From assembly GCA_031376645.1 (NCBI GenBank), contig JANMEE010000036.1, positions 8,239-72,238 on the forward strand: a stretch of 64,000 nucleotides of DNA. The letters are read 5' to 3'. Source of the stretch: Dolichospermum sp. OTE_75_concoct_329_sub. GTDB lineage: Bacteria; Cyanobacteriota; Cyanobacteriia; Cyanobacteriales; Nostocaceae. Of this stretch, positions 61,215 through 64,000 are shown one piece after another. Numbering within the stretch: position 1 is the stretch's first letter; each line of letters starts with the position of its first letter. The notes beneath the pieces are model-generated. The model saw only the letters and a program-made list of their open reading frames with translations. It was not told the DNA's origin and did no database searches. A program made the position numbers and the translations under genes.

Positions 61215-63476
61215 TTGCGTAGTGTATCGCAGATAAGGATAATAAAAGTGGTTCAAACTAGTCTAAATCCAAATATAAATCCAGCGTCAGAAACAGAACC
61301 AGGTTATGGACAGATGTTTGCAGTAATTCTGCGAAGATTTCCCTGGTTATTATTAGTGTTGCTGAGTTCTACGGCTATTGCTGGCATCATTACATTAAAA
61401 ACACCATCCAGTTTTAAAAGTAGTATGCAATTGTTAGTAGAACCTAACTATCAAGGAAAGAAAGAAACTGATAACACTGAAAGTCAATTTACTGATGCTA
61501 ACATAGAGGTAGATACTGCTACTCAATTGAACTTGATGCAAAGTTCTGGACTTATTCAAAAAGCAGTTGATAAACTCAAAGCTGAATATCCAGACTTAAC
61601 TGTCATGGATTTAAAAAAATCCTTAGTCTTAACTCAAATTAAGACTCCACAGGATAATGTTGTCACTAAAATATTTCAGGTTGATTATACGGATAATGAT
61701 CCAGAGAAAACTCAAAAAGTTCTCAAGACCATTCAGCAAGTTTATTTAGAATACAACAAACAACAGCAAGATTCACGCTTACAAAAAGGTCTGCAAGTCA
61801 TCAGAGATCAATTAAGAAAAGCTACTGATGAAGTAACTGCTTCAGAAGCAAATCTCCAACGGTTTCGCAGAAGTCAAAATTTAATTGATCCAGATGCTCA
61901 GGCTAAAACTGTAGAGACAACTTTAAATACTGTCCAACAGGAACGACAAACAACTCGTTCCCAGTATGAAGAAGCTTTGGCAAAGCAAAAATCTTTGCAA
62001 ATACAACTTAACCGTTCTCCACAAAATGCCTTAGTTTCTTCTCGTCTGAGTCAGTCTACCCGCTACCAAGGCTTACTCAACGAAATCCAAAAAACAGAAC
62101 TGGCTTTAGCACAAGAACGCTTACGTTTTACTGATGATACTCCCAGCGTTCAAAAATTGACCGAACAACTACAGAGTCAAAAACAACTTTTACAAAAAGA
62201 AGTCAGCAGAACATTAGGAGAAAGGACTAATCCTGCCTTTAGTTCTGGAGACAATCTTTTAGAACAAGGACAACTTGGACAAATTGATCTTAATCTTACA
62301 GGTCAATTAGTAGAAACACAAACTACCATAGTTGCATTGACTGCCCGCGATCAAACTTTAGCAACAAAGGAGAAAGAATTACAAGCAGACCTCAAGCGGT
62401 TTCCTTCTCTATTGGCTTATTACAATCGCATACTTCCTCAACTACAATTTAGCAGAGAAAGATTAGAACAATTATTAAGGGCTGAACAAAAATTACGCCA
62501 GGAACTTTCTAAAGGTGGCTTTAATTGGGAAGTCGTAGAAGAACCTCAAGAAGGCTCTCAAACTGGTCCCAACCTGAGACAAAACCTATTATTGGGAGGA
62601 GTAATTGGTTTAATGTTAGGAGGAATTGCTGCCTTTATTCGTGAAGCATCTGATGACGCTGTACATACTACGGCGGAATTAGAAAAACAGGCTGCCCTCC
62701 CATTATTAGGGACAACTCCTAAATTGCCTCCTGCTAGACCCAGAGAATCAATGATCAAATTGCCATTTGGTAAACCAGAAGTTCTTGCACCTTGGACAAT
62801 TCAAGTATTACAATCCTCTCCTCGTTGGGAATCGCTTGATCTCATTTACAAAAATATTGAACTGCTGAATAATGTTTCTGATTTAAGATCATTAATGGTG
62901 ACATCAGCATTACCAGATGATGGTAAATCAGCTTTGGCACTAGGTCTAGCAATGAGTGCGGCTCGCTTACATAAAAAAGTCTTACTAATTGATGCCAATT
63001 TACGCGATCCTAGTTTGCACAAACAGTTAAATCTTCCTAATGATCAGGGACTTTCAAGTTTATTAGAAAGTGGAATTAATCTACCTAATCACATTAGTGT
63101 TCCTTACTCCGGATCATCTTACATTGATATTTTAACAGCCGGACCAATACCGAGTGATCCTGCCCATCTTTTGAGTTCTCCCCGTATGCTCCAATTGATG
63201 GCTGCATTTGAAGAAAATTATGATTTGGTCATCATAGATGCTCCCTCAGTTCTTGGTTTAGTGGATGCTATGCTCACAGCATCATCTTGTCGAAGTGTAG
63301 TGATGATGGCAAGTATGGGTAAGGTGACGCGCACCCAACTTAATCAAGCTACAGGGATGTTGAGTAGGTTAAATTTAATTGGGGTTGTCGCTAATGGCGT
63401 ATCTTCATCTGATAGCACCTATGTACCTTATGTAAAGCCAAAACAATTAGTTTTACAACCAGCAATGGAAGAATAA
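61215..63476 (+). CDS. wzc: Wzc/GumC-like co-polymerase with divergent kinase domain
   Basis: Two TMs, coiled coil, SALPDDGKS, DANLR, IIDAP; weak Tyr tail. Likely GTG start at 61248. Confidence 0.88.
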   Translation: MRSVSQIRIIKVVQTSLNPNINPASETEPGYGQMFAVILRRFPWLLLVLLSSTAIAGIITLKTPSSFKSSMQLLVEPNYQGKKETDNTESQFTDANIEVDTATQLNLMQSSGLIQKAVDKLKAEYPDLTVMDLKKSLVLTQIKTPQDNVVTKIFQVDYTDNDPEKTQKVLKTIQQVYLEYNKQQQDSRLQKGLQVIRDQLRKATDEVTASEANLQRFRRSQNLIDPDAQAKTVETTLNTVQQERQTTRSQYEEALAKQKSLQIQLNRSPQNALVSSRLSQSTRYQGLLNEIQKTELALAQERLRFTDDTPSVQKLTEQLQSQKQLLQKEVSRTLGERTNPAFSSGDNLLEQGQLGQIDLNLTGQLVETQTTIVALTARDQTLATKEKELQADLKRFPSLLAYYNRILPQLQFSRERLEQLLRAEQKLRQELSKGGFNWEVVEEPQEGSQTGPNLRQNLLLGGVIGLMLGGIAAFIREASDDAVHTTAELEKQAALPLLGTTPKLPPARPRESMIKLPFGKPEVLAPWTIQVLQSSPRWESLDLIYKNIELLNNVSDLRSLMVTSALPDDGKSALALGLAMSAARLHKKVLLIDANLRDPSLHKQLNLPNDQGLSSLLESGINLPNHISVPYSGSSYIDILTAGPIPSDPAHLLSSPRMLQLMAAFEENYDLVIIDAPSVLGLVDAMLTASSCRSVVMMASMGKVTRTQLNQATGMLSRLNLIGVVANGVSSSDSTYVPYVKPKQLVLQPAMEE

Positions 63477-63854
63477 AGAAGGAGTCACCGAGTATGTAGA
63501 GACGTTCCATGGGACTTCTCTACAAGGGTTTTCGGTTCACGAATTTTCCTAACCGAACAGTATTGCAATAGATTTACCTCTGCACTCGACAGGGGTTTTT
63601 GCATTGATTAATTGAAGATAATAAAATATCCCAGAATTTCTTGTGGTGCAGTCATAAACAGCCTGCTAATAATACCAGGATAACCATCCCACAATATTGG
63701 ATAAGTAGGTATACATAATAAAAGCAAAATTTATTGCGTTTTGTAAAATGGCTGAAACTTAACCAAAATCTCACATTGAGACAACTTTACATACTGTTAC
63801 ATACCTTTAAATTTTCCTGTTCACCTACTTAATTTATTTTTTGGAGTTCTCTTA

Positions 63855-64000
63855 GAGGGTGTTTGATAGCGAAGCGTGGCGTTAGCCATAAAGTATTAAA
63901 TAAAACGAATAATCTCCAAAAACCTAACCCCCCTGCCCCCCTTCCCTACGTTAGCGCAGCGTGCCGAAGGCTGGGAAGGGGGGTTTCAAAGCCTCTCCCC
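63855..64000. mobile_element. MITE family A copy (runs off window)
   Basis: TTA|GAGGGTGTTTGA...; matches the reverse complement of 9679-9908, including small inserts. Confidence 0.8.

Overview
64-kb chromosomal window from an AT-rich heterocyst-forming (Nostocales-like) cyanobacterium. The evidence is frequent HIP1 GCGATCGC sites, heptamer tandem repeats, XisH/XisI pairs, a PatA-family regulator and a HEP-island-like gene order. Left to right: (1) the end of a Wzx/Wzc exopolysaccharide locus on the minus strand (1-8.8 kb), starting with a chimeric methyltransferase-HAD ORF that runs off the window; (2) housekeeping genes (tocopherol cyclase, tRNA-Arg(CCT), DAHP synthase, dienelactone hydrolase, oligopeptidase A, BchH/ChlH-like chelatase, amidase, AhcY) mixed with many MITEs, 21-27 nt small dispersed repeats and one apparently complete IS605-type tnpA/tnpB element; (3) a dense, partly decayed toxin-antitoxin/defence island (about 29-39.4 kb) with duplicated small-protein/aspartic-protease pairs, PIN modules, several XisH/XisI copies, a direct-repeat-flanked methyltransferase plus putative nuclease, and a 5'-truncated XRE-HTH/ImmA-IrrE/Zn-ribbon gene; (4) a PatA-family regulator divergent from a vWA/PP2C/kinase-TM-TPR (TerY-P/YegIKL-like) triad, which heads a second polysaccharide locus resembling the heterocyst envelope polysaccharide island (49-63.5 kb). 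Best leads: the TPR-bearing TerY-P-like triad at the head of the HEP-like island, the RM plus IrrE module, XisH/XisI and protease pairs behaving like TA systems, and a perfect CIRCE upstream of a non-chaperone gene. No CRISPR array or rRNA was seen. All family assignments come from motif reading and recall, not from database searches.
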